A stretch of 54,354 nt of DNA. Source: a virus (lineage: Duplodnaviria > Caudoviricetes). A program made the translations under genes and the position numbers. The notes beneath the pieces are model-generated. The model saw nothing but the letters and a program-made list of their open reading frames with translations. It made no database searches and had not been told where the DNA came from. This document shows, piece by piece, positions 8,012-17,951 of this stretch (its first letter is position 1; every line of letters begins with the position of its first letter). Where the stretch lies: the IMG/VR virus record IMGVR_UViG_3300037796_000233, positions 1 to 54,354 of that record; one strand, given 5' to 3'.

Positions 8012-10165
8012 TTAAATCTCAAATATTCTCATGCTTTTATGATGTTCGTAATTGAAACCAAAACCGGATGAATCCCAAATCATATCCCCGAAATATTGAG
8101 GAAGGTTTCCTGCGTAATCTCTTCTTATTGTATCCATATATTGTTTATAATATAGGGTTTGAGAACCACCGCCGGAATACCAGGTAAATGACCACCAAGA
8201 TTTAGATAACCAAACTGGACCCGTAAGGGAATATTGAACAACGCCCCCAAAATCTACATCTGAATATATTTCGAGTTTAACGCCCTCGGAAAGTAAAAAA
8301 CCGTTAAGATTAATCCTCCAATAGGAAGGATTCATCCAACTAAGGTAATTGACCAAATCTCCAAAGCAAGTATCCTCCCTTATGTCTCTTGCTTCGTATG
8401 GTGGTTTAAAAATAAAATCATGCGCACCAGCCTGTTCATCTTCACCGCCTACTCCCGGAACCGTTGACTCTCCGCAAGGTAATTTAAAGACCATTTGAGA
8501 TACGCCAGGTTCATCGTAATAACTATTAGGCCACCTCGCAAAATGAATTATTTCTCCTTCTTCTATAATTCTTTGCGGTATATCTCCTGTATATATTTCA
8601 GAAAAATCTTCATTGTTATTTCCGTTAAATGCTTGTGGGTGCCAATGAAGAACTGATTCTTGCGAATAAGGGGCTTTTTCTCCCATTATCCAGCCTGTAG
8701 ATAAGTGCGCGATTTTAAATGTAAATTTCGGAATATAGATATCAAATTTGTTTATTTGAAAACGGCTTTCCGGTTTCCACCATTCTTCTGATTCAAGTTT
8801 TTTATATCCCGAAAGGACATGGTCACGCCCCTCGACAGTTTTTGTTTGTGCTTCCCCTAATCCGACCCCTATGTTCATCCAATATCCGTCATAATCTATC
8901 GGCATGCTCAAATAAAGTTTCCAAGGGAATTCGCTATCTTTTTCTCGGTCATATTCTAATTTTTCGTATAGTATTTCATTTTGATTTGAATCGTAAATAG
9001 TTATAGTTGGATCATCGTCGGGTGTTATGTTTCCTTTGTCTATTATCACGCCAGTTGACGCCTCGCCCCAATTAAGTTTAAACTCTAAAGGACAAGGTCT
9101 TGGATTACTCCAAAAGCCTACGTTCAAAACATCTTCATAAGCGCAATTCCTAAACATTATGACCACAACGTCTCCCGGTTTAAATCCAAAACCGTCACAC
9201 GTCATGTATTGGGTCATTACTTCAATCTCGGCCAAGTTCAAAATATCGATCTTTAATTTATCACGCCCCAAAACCTCTTTCACTATCCCGGTTGTAAAAA
9301 GTGGGCATTCTTCCTGCCAACGCTCATTTCTAAGGCTGGAAAAGAAGTATTCATAGGCCAAACTATACGGATAACCTTTTGCGATCATATCGGTGGAAGT
9401 AAGCCAAATCTTATTCGGTGAATATTTATAAACATAATCCTCTTCACCTTCACCCCGTTCCCCGTCGTCTTCCTTTTCCCGGATAACCCCAAAGGTATTA
9501 CAATAAATTGTAAATGTATCATCAACCGTTCCGCCTTTTGCACCGGATAAGGAAGTACAACCTTGATTCTTTAAGGCAGAAAGGCCCATTTCATCATATT
9601 CAGCATGAAGAATATTCGCCCGATGTCCCGGTGATTCCATCCATAGGTCAAAAACCTCCTTATCTGTCCTGGCCCAACCTACGTTTTCACCTGCTTCGTA
9701 ATCGGTTGCCCCGTCGATATATCCGCTGGCCTCTATCCGGTCAAAAACAGAAGGATATGGGCCTCCGGCCTCATCGTGTCCCGCATAACAATTATGAGCC
9801 ATAAATCCGGCGTGTAATCTTGCCGCCGTCGTTAGCTTGGGATTCATCTTAAGTCTTTGAAGTCCTTCGGTGGTCCTGGCTTTATTTATCATGCCAAGAA
9901 TATTTCCGCCCGAAGCACCTTCACTTGATGGTTCAGTTCCTTCCCTTGTGGCTGCCAATTCATCATTAGGTAAAACTCGGATATTTCCCCAAGTTTTCAA
10001 TGAGTTTGGGTTTAAATTCGATATTTCTACAATTGGAACCACATACTCCTTTTTAAGTGGATCGAGAGTGGCGCATTGCGCAATGATCCGATCCCCGAAA
10101 CCCGGAATTGATATCTTGTATATATTTTGACCGTTATCGGCCCAAACTATCTTTGCCTCAGCCAC
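8012..10165 (-). CDS. Minor tail protein containing a CAP/SCP domain
   Basis: INKAR..GL..L..N..L..AA..HA..M..H / GENVG / WMESPGHRANIL...EMG signature at about aa 88-225. Confidence 0.75.
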   Translation of the reverse strand: MAEAKIVWADNGQNIYKISIPGFGDRIIAQCATLDPLKKEYVVPIVEISNLNPNSLKTWGNIRVLPNDELAATREGTEPSSEGASGGNILGMINKARTTEGLQRLKMNPKLTTAARLHAGFMAHNCYAGHDEAGGPYPSVFDRIEASGYIDGATDYEAGENVGWARTDKEVFDLWMESPGHRANILHAEYDEMGLSALKNQGCTSLSGAKGGTVDDTFTIYCNTFGVIREKEDDGERGEGEEDYVYKYSPNKIWLTSTDMIAKGYPYSLAYEYFFSSLRNERWQEECPLFTTGIVKEVLGRDKLKIDILNLAEIEVMTQYMTCDGFGFKPGDVVVIMFRNCAYEDVLNVGFWSNPRPCPLEFKLNWGEASTGVIIDKGNITPDDDPTITIYDSNQNEILYEKLEYDREKDSEFPWKLYLSMPIDYDGYWMNIGVGLGEAQTKTVEGRDHVLSGYKKLESEEWWKPESRFQINKFDIYIPKFTFKIAHLSTGWIMGEKAPYSQESVLHWHPQAFNGNNNEDFSEIYTGDIPQRIIEEGEIIHFARWPNSYYDEPGVSQMVFKLPCGESTVPGVGGEDEQAGAHDFIFKPPYEARDIREDTCFGDLVNYLSWMNPSYWRINLNGFLLSEGVKLEIYSDVDFGGVVQYSLTGPVWLSKSWWSFTWYSGGGSQTLYYKQYMDTIRRDYAGNLPQYFGDMIWDSSGFGFNYEHHKSMRIFEI

Positions 10166-11261
10166 TTATATATCCCGTTATTTCTGTTTTGCATTCGCTT
10201 CCTTGGGCATAAGAATGCGTAACTGTATGAATTTTTAATGGGTTTAGTTCAGTTGATGAAACTTCATCTTCTATCGTTACCAAAGATCCAACCGAAAGAT
10301 AAGGGTTCATAGAAAGAAGTTCCAACGTAATAAGGTTTCCAAACAAGGAACCATATTCCAAAATATCGTCAGAAAGTTTATCGGCCTTCCAATAAGTATT
10401 TATAAGTCCATTATTTCTGGTGACTTTTCGCCTACCGTATTTGTCTATAATCCCTTGATATGCCTCCTTATGAATGGTTGATTCTTCACCTGCCCCAAAT
10501 ACATCGACAACGGTTATGATTTTTGTAAGGTCAACATCCCGACTTAAAGAGACAATATCTTCAGATCCATAATGAAAATCGGCATTCTCAATCCGGAATA
10601 AAGGAGCATCGCGCCAAACGAAAACCCCGGATGGATCAAAAAAGAAGTCTTTCAACGGACCCAATGCCAGATCGAAAGTATGTATGGCGGTTAATACGGA
10701 TGAATAATTTATCTGCCGATCAATAAAATCAATGTTATCCGTATATGAAAGGCGATATTTAATGCCGGCATTATCGAGCCAATATTGAATCAACTCCTTA
10801 CTTGCCCCGTTAAAATTTGTTGGATAAATTCCGGGCGTGTTTTGGAGGATAAAAGCCAGACTTTTCCCTTTTATCGAAATTGAATTTGAATCTCCATATG
10901 AATATCTTTCTGGTGCCTTCTCCGGAATTCCGGCAAAAATTTGCGTGTAGACGTCCACGCCTTCGATATTGAAACCAAAATAGATATTGACCCTTTTCGA
11001 GATATCTGGAGACAAAACCGAATCCAAAAACCTCGGATTCCAAAGATGGGCGTTTTCCAACGTAAGGCTAAACCCTTCAAGGATTTCGTCTTTGCTAAGA
11101 TTTATTCTGAACGAGGAACAATCGCCCAAAATAAAGACTTCTCCAGCCCCGTTTATCCATTCAACCACAGCCCTCGGTTTTTGAATATTCGAGTTGAATA
11201 TTGCGCTATAAATGCGCCAATCGATAAACTTTATTTGGGTGGAAAGATCGAAAACCCTCAT
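10158..11261 (-). CDS. Tail tip/baseplate hub protein
   Basis: Follows the Dit-like gene; IFAG, FFFDPSGVFVW, IDKYGRR and NPYLSVG..V patterns of hub proteins. Confidence 0.65.
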   Translation of the reverse strand: MRVFDLSTQIKFIDWRIYSAIFNSNIQKPRAVVEWINGAGEVFILGDCSSFRINLSKDEILEGFSLTLENAHLWNPRFLDSVLSPDISKRVNIYFGFNIEGVDVYTQIFAGIPEKAPERYSYGDSNSISIKGKSLAFILQNTPGIYPTNFNGASKELIQYWLDNAGIKYRLSYTDNIDFIDRQINYSSVLTAIHTFDLALGPLKDFFFDPSGVFVWRDAPLFRIENADFHYGSEDIVSLSRDVDLTKIITVVDVFGAGEESTIHKEAYQGIIDKYGRRKVTRNNGLINTYWKADKLSDDILEYGSLFGNLITLELLSMNPYLSVGSLVTIEDEVSSTELNPLKIHTVTHSYAQGSECKTEITGYISG

Positions 11262-11632
11262 CAGATTTCCATTTCCTTTTCGTCTATTACTGAAAACCCA
11301 AACCCGATCATAGCCCTTTTCCCGGTCGCTTGGGAGGTAACAGAAACAATAAGACCTCGATACAGGACGGAACCAACGCCCATTAAACAGATAACATCGT
11401 CAATATCCCTTAATTTTTCCAGCCGGTCAAGGTCTTCTTTTTTACAAACAACGTCGGAAATATTTATGGATCTACCTTTTGGCCGCCCCCAATCTATCGT
11501 TAATGTCTTGCGCCCCAAAGAATCCCGGCGTGTAATTTTCCGGGTAGAACTATCCGAAATTTGCGCCTTGTCAAAATTCAGGATAAGCTCACCGATTTCA
11601 GAAAAGGTTTCTGTCGTTATTATCGCCCTCAT
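11261..11632 (-). CDS. Distal tail protein-like
   Basis: Directly after the tape measure gene; start moved to ATG 11632 (MRAIIT) with a GGGGT RBS, avoiding overlap with the TMP gene. Confidence 0.55.
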   Translation of the reverse strand: MRAIITTETFSEIGELILNFDKAQISDSSTRKITRRDSLGRKTLTIDWGRPKGRSINISDVVCKKEDLDRLEKLRDIDDVICLMGVGSVLYRGLIVSVTSQATGKRAMIGFGFSVIDEKEMEI

Positions 11633-11651
11633 CTTATCGACCCCATACCAG

Positions 11652-11700
11652 ACTATTAGTGGAGTGTTGAAAATCGATCTCGGCACAAAACAAAGTGGAA
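11652..11700 (-). promoter_or_regulatory. Diverged copy of the 63-bp element upstream of the distal tail gene
   Basis: TTCCACTTTGTTTT-N29-AATAGT: same two boxes and same 29-bp spacing as 32803-32865. Confidence 0.65.
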
Positions 11701-11708
11701 TTCGCTCT

Positions 11709-14700
11709 TTAAAATTCGCTACCGAAACATGAAAAGGCTTCAGCTTCAGCCTTGGCAAAAATATCCTCCATAAGCGATTGGACAAGACCTCTTAACCAAC
11801 CTTCAGCATCGCCCTCTATCGAAACCGCTATGGGCCTCAATTCATCGGCCTTCATTAATTCGGTTTGGGTGTTAAGTTTTTCTATTTGCGCATCGGCAAC
11901 TTCCATTTGTTTTGCGGCAATCTTTTCTTGAAGGGCCATCTGTCGTTCCATTAGGTCTTCCATGAACCACTTATCGCTCATATCCTCAAAGTCGGTTGAC
12001 GCAAAAGTCCCGAACATTGACGAAAGAGTATCACCAGCCGTCGCTATTGACTGACCTAATGAATCCATGGTGGCTCTCATTTCTTCCGATGCCGCCCGAA
12101 TTCGATCTGTTTGGGCCTCATACATATTTACGGATTGCTTCATCCGCTCTATATCGAATTCAGCCCTCAGTTCAAGGTTTAATTCCTCCATTTCATTCAT
12201 ATGGCGGACATTTTCCTCTACTATCCGAAGGTCTGATTCAAATTTTTCTTTCTTCAGAGAAAGTTCAAGCTCACTCTCTTCCTCCATTTTCTTTTTCATT
12301 CGCTCTGCTACGGCAGCAGCATCTTGTTCCGCCTGATCCCCGTCTATCCGGACATAAGTTTCTACCCACATGCCCTCTTCGTTTTGAACTAATTCAGTGC
12401 GAAAGTTTTCCAATGCCGCTTGCGCTGCTTCTTCATCATATTCGACCGTGACAGCAGTCTCGTATTTTTGATCAACCAGCTTGTCGAGTTCTTTGTTGAG
12501 TTCCGATATTCTCTGATTGGCGCCCTCCGAATCCGCCGTGATAAGGATTTGTTTTTCCTCTTCCAAATTCTCTATCTGGCGCCCAATTTCCTCAAATTCC
12601 TCATATAGTTCTTGGCCGCCTTCACCCGCCATTAACTTGAGTTGTATTTCGGCCCGCCTATCTTCCAAATGATTTATTTGGCCTTGAACCTCACCTAAAG
12701 CCGCATTAATTTCGTCGATATTTGCCCTGGCTTTTTCGGTTTCAATTTCGAGTTCTACTGCCTTGATTTTGTCTTCAAGGTCCCATATTTTCTGAAGGTC
12801 TGTGACAACCTCTTCCGCTGATTTCAAAACCTTTTCAGAATCGACTTTAACCTCAACTGGTAACCATTGATCACCGAAAAGTTTATATGTGTCTTGGCCC
12901 ACTTTCTTTATCTTGCTTCCATCAGCGGTTATCTCTATTTCAACATAGGTTTCCTCCAACTCGGCGTCAATTTCCTGTGAAACTTTGTAAATTGAATCCT
13001 TATCGGCCATTGCTTTAAATATTACCGCTTTTTCCCCGGTAATTTCAGCCAATTCAGCTTTAAGCCGTTCTCTTTCCTCATCGTTGGTCTCTGAACTCTT
13101 GAGTTTGACCCTGACTTCGTTCTCTCTGGCTGTAATCTCCTGGAGTTCCGCTTGGAGTTCCGCTAATTCTTCACGGTTTTCTACCTCTGTCGACAAAACG
13201 ATTTCTTTGAGGTTTTCTATGGAATCGAGTTTTGCCTGAAGTGATTCTATTTCCTCATCGGTTTGGGCTTTTGAAATCGCAATTTTTATCTCTCGTTGCT
13301 TCTCCGTTAGTTCGTCAATCTGTTTTTGAGCGTTCTCTTTATGTGTGGCATCTACCATGGCAAAGAAAGCCGCTTTCCGATCTTCCGCCACCTTGTCAAG
13401 TTCCGCTGATAATGCTCTTATCTCTTCCTTGGTTTCTGCCGTAGCAAGAGACAATTTTAATTCGGTTTCTTTTTTCTCTAAATCTTGGAGGATTGCCTGG
13501 ACACCTACCACCGTTGAATCGTCGGCCTGTATACCGATCAAAATGTCTTTCTTCTCAGTTACTTCGTCAAGCCTTTTTTTAAGTGAAGCTATTTCTTCAT
13601 CTGTCTCTGCTTTTTCCAACGCCAACCGGATGTTCTTTTCTTCCGCCGTAAGGGTTTCAATGCTCTCCCTTACTTTTTCGAGTTCTGCTGCGGCGTTTTC
13701 CGCGCTGATCCCCTTTATTGCCTCATCCGCTTTCGCTATTGCTTGAACAACTTTATCGGTCCAATTCTCAACGTAATCGACGTTTTGAAAGGCTTCTGCC
13801 GCCATATCGTCGAACATCTGAATTGTACCGTTAAGGCTTTCAATTTCGCCTTCGAGATCAACAAAAGGAAGATAATCAGCCGCTTGAAGAATCCGGCTGA
13901 AGCTATCCAAAACAAAAGCCCCGAATTCACCAACGACCAATTTCAGCGTTTCAAATCCGACTTTTCCCAAATTGATGAGGCCAGCCAAAGAATCGTGGGC
14001 CGCTGCTACGGAAAGGGCCATTGCGCCCATAGCGGTATTTATAACGGTCAAGACCGTTTGAACGGCAGTTCCTTCCTCCGATGCCTCCGCAAACATTCCT
14101 CCGAATTCCGTGGCATAAATCGATATCAATTCCACGTTTCCGGAAAGGATAGAGGAAACATCAGCAAGAATGTTATAAAAACCCCTGATGGACCCTTCTC
14201 CATCGTCAAAACTTCCAGCCATCCCCTTCACGTTATCGACTATTGAACTGAAGGTGCTGACCATAGGTCCACCGATGCCTCCAGTGACCTTCTCCAATTC
14301 CATCATCTTTGTTATAACGCCCCGAATACCGGATTTTTCATCGCGCCCGACTAAATCCAGGATAAGGGGGACAAGGTCTTCACCTATCGTCTTTTTGAAA
14401 ACATCCGTCGTTCCGCCCAGGTTGTTCATAACGACTTCCCACTTTTGGGATTTCGTTGCTGCGGCGTCGATGGCTGCGGAAGTTCCGGTAATGGATTCTG
14501 TGTAATAATCGAAAGCCGCCTGACCTTCGTTGATTATTGTAGCAAGGGTGGCCGCCCTTACGCCAAAAATAGCGATTGCGTCACCGGCAGAAATAGTTTG
14601 TCCGCCAAACGCCCCGATAATTTCGGAAAGGGAATGAGTTTGTGGGTTAACATCATCAAGGGTCAATCCGTATTTGGCCAAAGCCGCCGTTGTGGTATCG

Positions 14701-15410
14701 GTTCCTTTTGCGAGTTGCGCCAGGGCCATACGAAGGTTTGTGCCCGCCGTCGATGCCTCCAAACCTTTATCAACTAACTTGGAAACGGCTGCGACAGTTT
14801 GTTCAAAGTTTTGGCCGGCAAGTGCCGCAACCGGGGCAGCGTATTTCATGGCCTCACGCAACTCTTCAGTCCCGGCCGCAGAGGTAAATGCGGCAGCGGC
14901 AAAAGTGTTTATCACGCGGTCTGTCTCTTCGATAGACATGCCGAATGAATTCATGGTGGCCATCGTGGCCGCTGCCGCTGTCTGAAGGTCTGATGAGGTG
15001 GCTATCGATAAAGTAATTGCGGCATCAGAAACCGCCAAAAGCTGTTCCTCTGCGCCATAACCCATCTGTGCGATAAGCTGCATGGCCTCACCTGCCTCCT
15101 TCCCGGTAAGAGGGAATTTGGCCACAAGAGTGTCTAATATATCCCCGATCTCTTGTGAGGTAGTTCCGAATGAAGCAGCAACCGCTTCAATATCAAAGAT
15201 GGCGTCATGGAATTCCGCAGCGGATTGAACGACCGAACCGCCCATCTTAACCGCTAACAAGGCGGCAACAGTCGAAAGGGCCAAGACCGCAGCCTCACCG
15301 GCCATTGCAAGTTTGCCGATAGAGGTTAAGCCACCCCGGATATTGTCGAAAGCCTTGGAATACTTATCGACAACGCCAACTATGACATTGAGTTTCCTAT
15401 CGATAGCCAT
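11709..15410 (-). CDS. Tape measure protein (TP901-like N-terminal region)
   Basis: 1233 aa; LREAMKYAAPVA and AGTNLR motifs; Ala-rich helical and coiled-coil; follows the chaperone genes. Confidence 0.9.
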   Translation of the reverse strand: MAIDRKLNVIVGVVDKYSKAFDNIRGGLTSIGKLAMAGEAAVLALSTVAALLAVKMGGSVVQSAAEFHDAIFDIEAVAASFGTTSQEIGDILDTLVAKFPLTGKEAGEAMQLIAQMGYGAEEQLLAVSDAAITLSIATSSDLQTAAAATMATMNSFGMSIEETDRVINTFAAAAFTSAAGTEELREAMKYAAPVAALAGQNFEQTVAAVSKLVDKGLEASTAGTNLRMALAQLAKGTDTTTAALAKYGLTLDDVNPQTHSLSEIIGAFGGQTISAGDAIAIFGVRAATLATIINEGQAAFDYYTESITGTSAAIDAAATKSQKWEVVMNNLGGTTDVFKKTIGEDLVPLILDLVGRDEKSGIRGVITKMMELEKVTGGIGGPMVSTFSSIVDNVKGMAGSFDDGEGSIRGFYNILADVSSILSGNVELISIYATEFGGMFAEASEEGTAVQTVLTVINTAMGAMALSVAAAHDSLAGLINLGKVGFETLKLVVGEFGAFVLDSFSRILQAADYLPFVDLEGEIESLNGTIQMFDDMAAEAFQNVDYVENWTDKVVQAIAKADEAIKGISAENAAAELEKVRESIETLTAEEKNIRLALEKAETDEEIASLKKRLDEVTEKKDILIGIQADDSTVVGVQAILQDLEKKETELKLSLATAETKEEIRALSAELDKVAEDRKAAFFAMVDATHKENAQKQIDELTEKQREIKIAISKAQTDEEIESLQAKLDSIENLKEIVLSTEVENREELAELQAELQEITARENEVRVKLKSSETNDEERERLKAELAEITGEKAVIFKAMADKDSIYKVSQEIDAELEETYVEIEITADGSKIKKVGQDTYKLFGDQWLPVEVKVDSEKVLKSAEEVVTDLQKIWDLEDKIKAVELEIETEKARANIDEINAALGEVQGQINHLEDRRAEIQLKLMAGEGGQELYEEFEEIGRQIENLEEEKQILITADSEGANQRISELNKELDKLVDQKYETAVTVEYDEEAAQAALENFRTELVQNEEGMWVETYVRIDGDQAEQDAAAVAERMKKKMEEESELELSLKKEKFESDLRIVEENVRHMNEMEELNLELRAEFDIERMKQSVNMYEAQTDRIRAASEEMRATMDSLGQSIATAGDTLSSMFGTFASTDFEDMSDKWFMEDLMERQMALQEKIAAKQMEVADAQIEKLNTQTELMKADELRPIAVSIEGDAEGWLRGLVQSLMEDIFAKAEAEAFSCFGSEF

Positions 15411-15421
15411 TCTTTATCTCA

Positions 15422-15880
15422 TTATTGGTTCATCCCCAAAGCGAATTCCACGATATTATGAACCACATGCGGAAAGGCATGGGATAAACTTATTGTTTCT
15501 TTTAAATTGAATTTCGGAAAGGCCACAACCCGTCGAAAAAGGTCGATTTCAAACATCGTATTTTCATGAAGCCCGGTCCCGTCTGAACCTTCCTCAAATT
15601 CGTTATTGATCTTTCCAATCAACCCTTCAAGGTCCAGCTTTTCGCCCTTCTTTATTTTGTTCAAAACCCAGGCAAGGACGTGACCTTGCTTGTTTCCTAA
15701 AGTAGATGCCCGAATGTGATCATCCAAAGCCGCTTTCCTTACTTTGAAAACGCAAGGGCTTCCAAAAACCCCGTCTAATTCTGGAACAGGAAAATTCATT
15801 GGCCTTTGGGCCGCTTTCGCTTTTTCTTTGATGTGTTTCTTGGCCGCCTTGTCGCTGAAACGAGTTCTCTTGTTGGTCAT
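15422..15880 (-). CDS. Second tail assembly chaperone-like protein (apparent paralog of 16155-16799)
   Basis: Shares PEL..G / VR..L / P..(L)...FP.V...I pattern with 16155-16799. Confidence 0.5.
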   Translation of the reverse strand: MTNKRTRFSDKAAKKHIKEKAKAAQRPMNFPVPELDGVFGSPCVFKVRKAALDDHIRASTLGNKQGHVLAWVLNKIKKGEKLDLEGLIGKINNEFEEGSDGTGLHENTMFEIDLFRRVVAFPKFNLKETISLSHAFPHVVHNIVEFALGMNQ

Positions 15881-16158
15881 GACTTCCCCTTTCCTTTGTT
15901 TCTCAAACGTTCCAATTCTTTTTCTTTCTCTCTCCGTTTATCATCGATCATTTCAATCACATGATCTAAACCCTTACCTATGGAATCAATATCGAGTGTA
16001 TTGGCTGTATTTAAAATTCCGTAAGCAATCCAATATTCTACTTCTTCAACCGTCAATTCGTCTCCAAATATACCTTTGGAAATCTGGAAAACAAAAAGGC
16101 TTTTACCGCTACACAAAGCGAAAAGCTGATACAAAAAATTATTATTTTGCAGAATCAA
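15877..16158 (-). CDS. Frameshift extension of the tail assembly chaperone (lambda gpT-like)
   Basis: In the -1 frame of 16155-16799, no RBS; ELTVEEVEYWIAY resembles gpT-type C-terminal domains. Confidence 0.7.
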   Translation of the reverse strand: MILQNNNFLYQLFALCSGKSLFVFQISKGIFGDELTVEEVEYWIAYGILNTANTLDIDSIGKGLDHVIEMIDDKRREKEKELERLRNKGKGKS

Positions 16159-16799
16159 GAATTTTTTTTTAAAGTTGAACCGCCATGAGTAAGAGATAAG
16201 ATTTTTGTGGATAACCTTACCGCAACTTCAGGAAAACTATCACCAAGCCAAACAATATCGGTCCAACTTAAGACTGGATCAACCAAACCGGCTTTAATTA
16301 CATTCAAATGAAATTGAACATCGGCAGGTAATTCGTTAAACAGCGCAACCGTCTCGCTTTCGACCAACCCAGCGTTTACTGATGCATTTAAAATCCCTTC
16401 AACGAGATTCAAGGCTGCATCGTTGGATTCTTTCTTGGCCCCTAAATATTCAGGCAAGGTAAGTTGACGAACAAGAACAACCGTGATTTGGTTCTTTTCC
16501 TCAAACGCTTCAAGTTCAAGTTCAAGTTCGTTTATCCTGTCTTGTATTTTCTCCTTTTTGTCCTCTTCGGTTTCGTTTATGATTGAATCCTTAAATTGGC
16601 CAATAACCGCTTTGTGTCCGTTTATCTTTTTCCTGATCTCTTGAATCTCTCTTGCGTCAGGAAGGCCCATCAAGATATTAAGCTCCGGGCACTCAACTTC
16701 CGCTTCTGATCTCTCAAGGTTTTCCCGACCCCTTGAAAAATTCCGTTTGTCCAAACGAACCATCCCCTTGTTCGTTTCCTTATCCCCGTTCTGGCTCAT
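16155..16799 (-). CDS. Tail assembly chaperone (lambda gpG-like)
   Basis: Between tail tube and tape measure; ends TLKKNS* over a slippery sequence. Confidence 0.75.
   Translation of the reverse strand: MSQNGDKETNKGMVRLDKRNFSRGRENLERSEAEVECPELNILMGLPDAREIQEIRKKINGHKAVIGQFKDSIINETEEDKKEKIQDRINELELELEAFEEKNQITVVLVRQLTLPEYLGAKKESNDAALNLVEGILNASVNAGLVESETVALFNELPADVQFHLNVIKAGLVDPVLSWTDIVWLGDSFPEVAVRLSTKILSLTHGGSTLKKNS
16161..16173 (-). other. Programmed -1 ribosomal frameshift site
   Basis: T TTA AAA AAA AAT just before the stop; a -1 slip reads into ORF 15877-16158. Confidence 0.75.
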
Positions 16800-16809
16800 A
16801 AAATCTCCG

Positions 16810-16856
16810 AAAAATAAGGGCGGCCAGGTCTGGCTTTTAACGGACCCAACCGCCCT
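16810..16856 (-). terminator. Intrinsic terminator after the major tail gene
   Basis: AGGGCGGTTGGGTC...GACCTGGCCGCCCT stem (with G-U pairs) followed by TATTTTT. Confidence 0.65.
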
Positions 16857-16866
16857 GTGTGTGGGT

Positions 16867-16905
16867 TACTATTCGGAAAAGACTTTGCGTTGGATACGCG
16901 TGAAA
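16867..16905 (-). promoter_or_regulatory. Diverged copy of the 63-bp element
   Basis: TTTCAC-N5-TCCAACGCAAA-N4-TTTCCGAATAGTA, colinear with the 32.8-kb copy. Confidence 0.75.
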
Positions 16906-16914
16906 TCTATCCAC

Positions 16915-17949
16915 CTATGATATCGTAAAAAGCTCACCTGCCCCATCCAGGGTAATCGTCGCCGTCATGTTATCAGCCTTGGGCATCGATTTCGACACCT
17001 TCACAACCGCAATGCCGGCATAATACCGTTTGGGATCATTCCGGTCAGGATAGATTTTCACCCACCGCTTTGTGGCATCGATCTGATCCGAAAAATCCCC
17101 GGCTTTGGTCCAGTAAACCGAACCGCTGGAAGACCAAGACTTTGCGCCCAAAGCCTTCTGGGGATAATCCTCCCCGTATGCCTGCGATTCACTCGTGGCG
17201 ACATCGCGGTCAACCGAAAAATCGTATGAATCCGGAAGTTCCTCAAAATCCGGTTCCGTGTAGGAGGCAAAAAGCCGCCGCCGGTGCGTCCCTTCTGAGG
17301 CCATGGGGTCTGCGGCGTGGATAAGAGGAAGGGCGTTGGAAAGCATAAACGCCCCTTTGTTCGATCCCATTTCGCCGCCGTCCCGGTATGCGATGGAAAC
17401 CCCCGGAATTGAGGTGCGCTCTTTGGAATCACTGTCGATCTCGGATGAAGAAAAAACCGCCCCATCAGAAGCAGAGGCATAGGTGGCCGGCACATAACCC
17501 AGAAGGATATCCTCAACAGGGAGAAAAGGAAGACCACCGGCCACGCCCCGGTCCCGACTCACAGCCCCTTCATCCGCCGCCGTCTTCACCATGGCCCCTG
17601 TGGGATCAATCGTAATAGCTGTCACCATTACGTTCCCCGGCGTGGACGGTCGCGCCACAGCGGTCACCGTGACTTCATTTTCGATAACGAGCACTTGACC
17701 GCCCACCCGTGCTTCGCCCGGTTCCACGATGACTTCATTGGGGTTGAGGCCCGGCTTGATTCTCAGACCGGAAATGACCCCGTCAAGATAAACCTCCGGC
17801 TCACGCAACGGAGAAATGAAAGGTGCATCGGTCAGATATCGCGCACCCTTCCCTGTATAGTTTTCGTCCATCATCATTTCCGAAAGAGGCACAGGCATTC
17901 CGCCCATTTCGACTTCCACCAATGTTTCAAGTCCAGTCTTCCGACTCAT
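16915..17949 (-). CDS. Major tail (tube) protein with an inserted domain
   Basis: Start at ATG 17949 (MSRKTG) after AGGAGG; C-terminal KSWSSSGSVYW..YYAG..ATITLDGAGEL is typical of tail tubes; upstream of the chaperone. Confidence 0.75.
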   Translation of the reverse strand: MSRKTGLETLVEVEMGGMPVPLSEMMMDENYTGKGARYLTDAPFISPLREPEVYLDGVISGLRIKPGLNPNEVIVEPGEARVGGQVLVIENEVTVTAVARPSTPGNVMVTAITIDPTGAMVKTAADEGAVSRDRGVAGGLPFLPVEDILLGYVPATYASASDGAVFSSSEIDSDSKERTSIPGVSIAYRDGGEMGSNKGAFMLSNALPLIHAADPMASEGTHRRRLFASYTEPDFEELPDSYDFSVDRDVATSESQAYGEDYPQKALGAKSWSSSGSVYWTKAGDFSDQIDATKRWVKIYPDRNDPKRYYAGIAVVKVSKSMPKADNMTATITLDGAGELFTIS

Positions 17950-17951
17950 GA

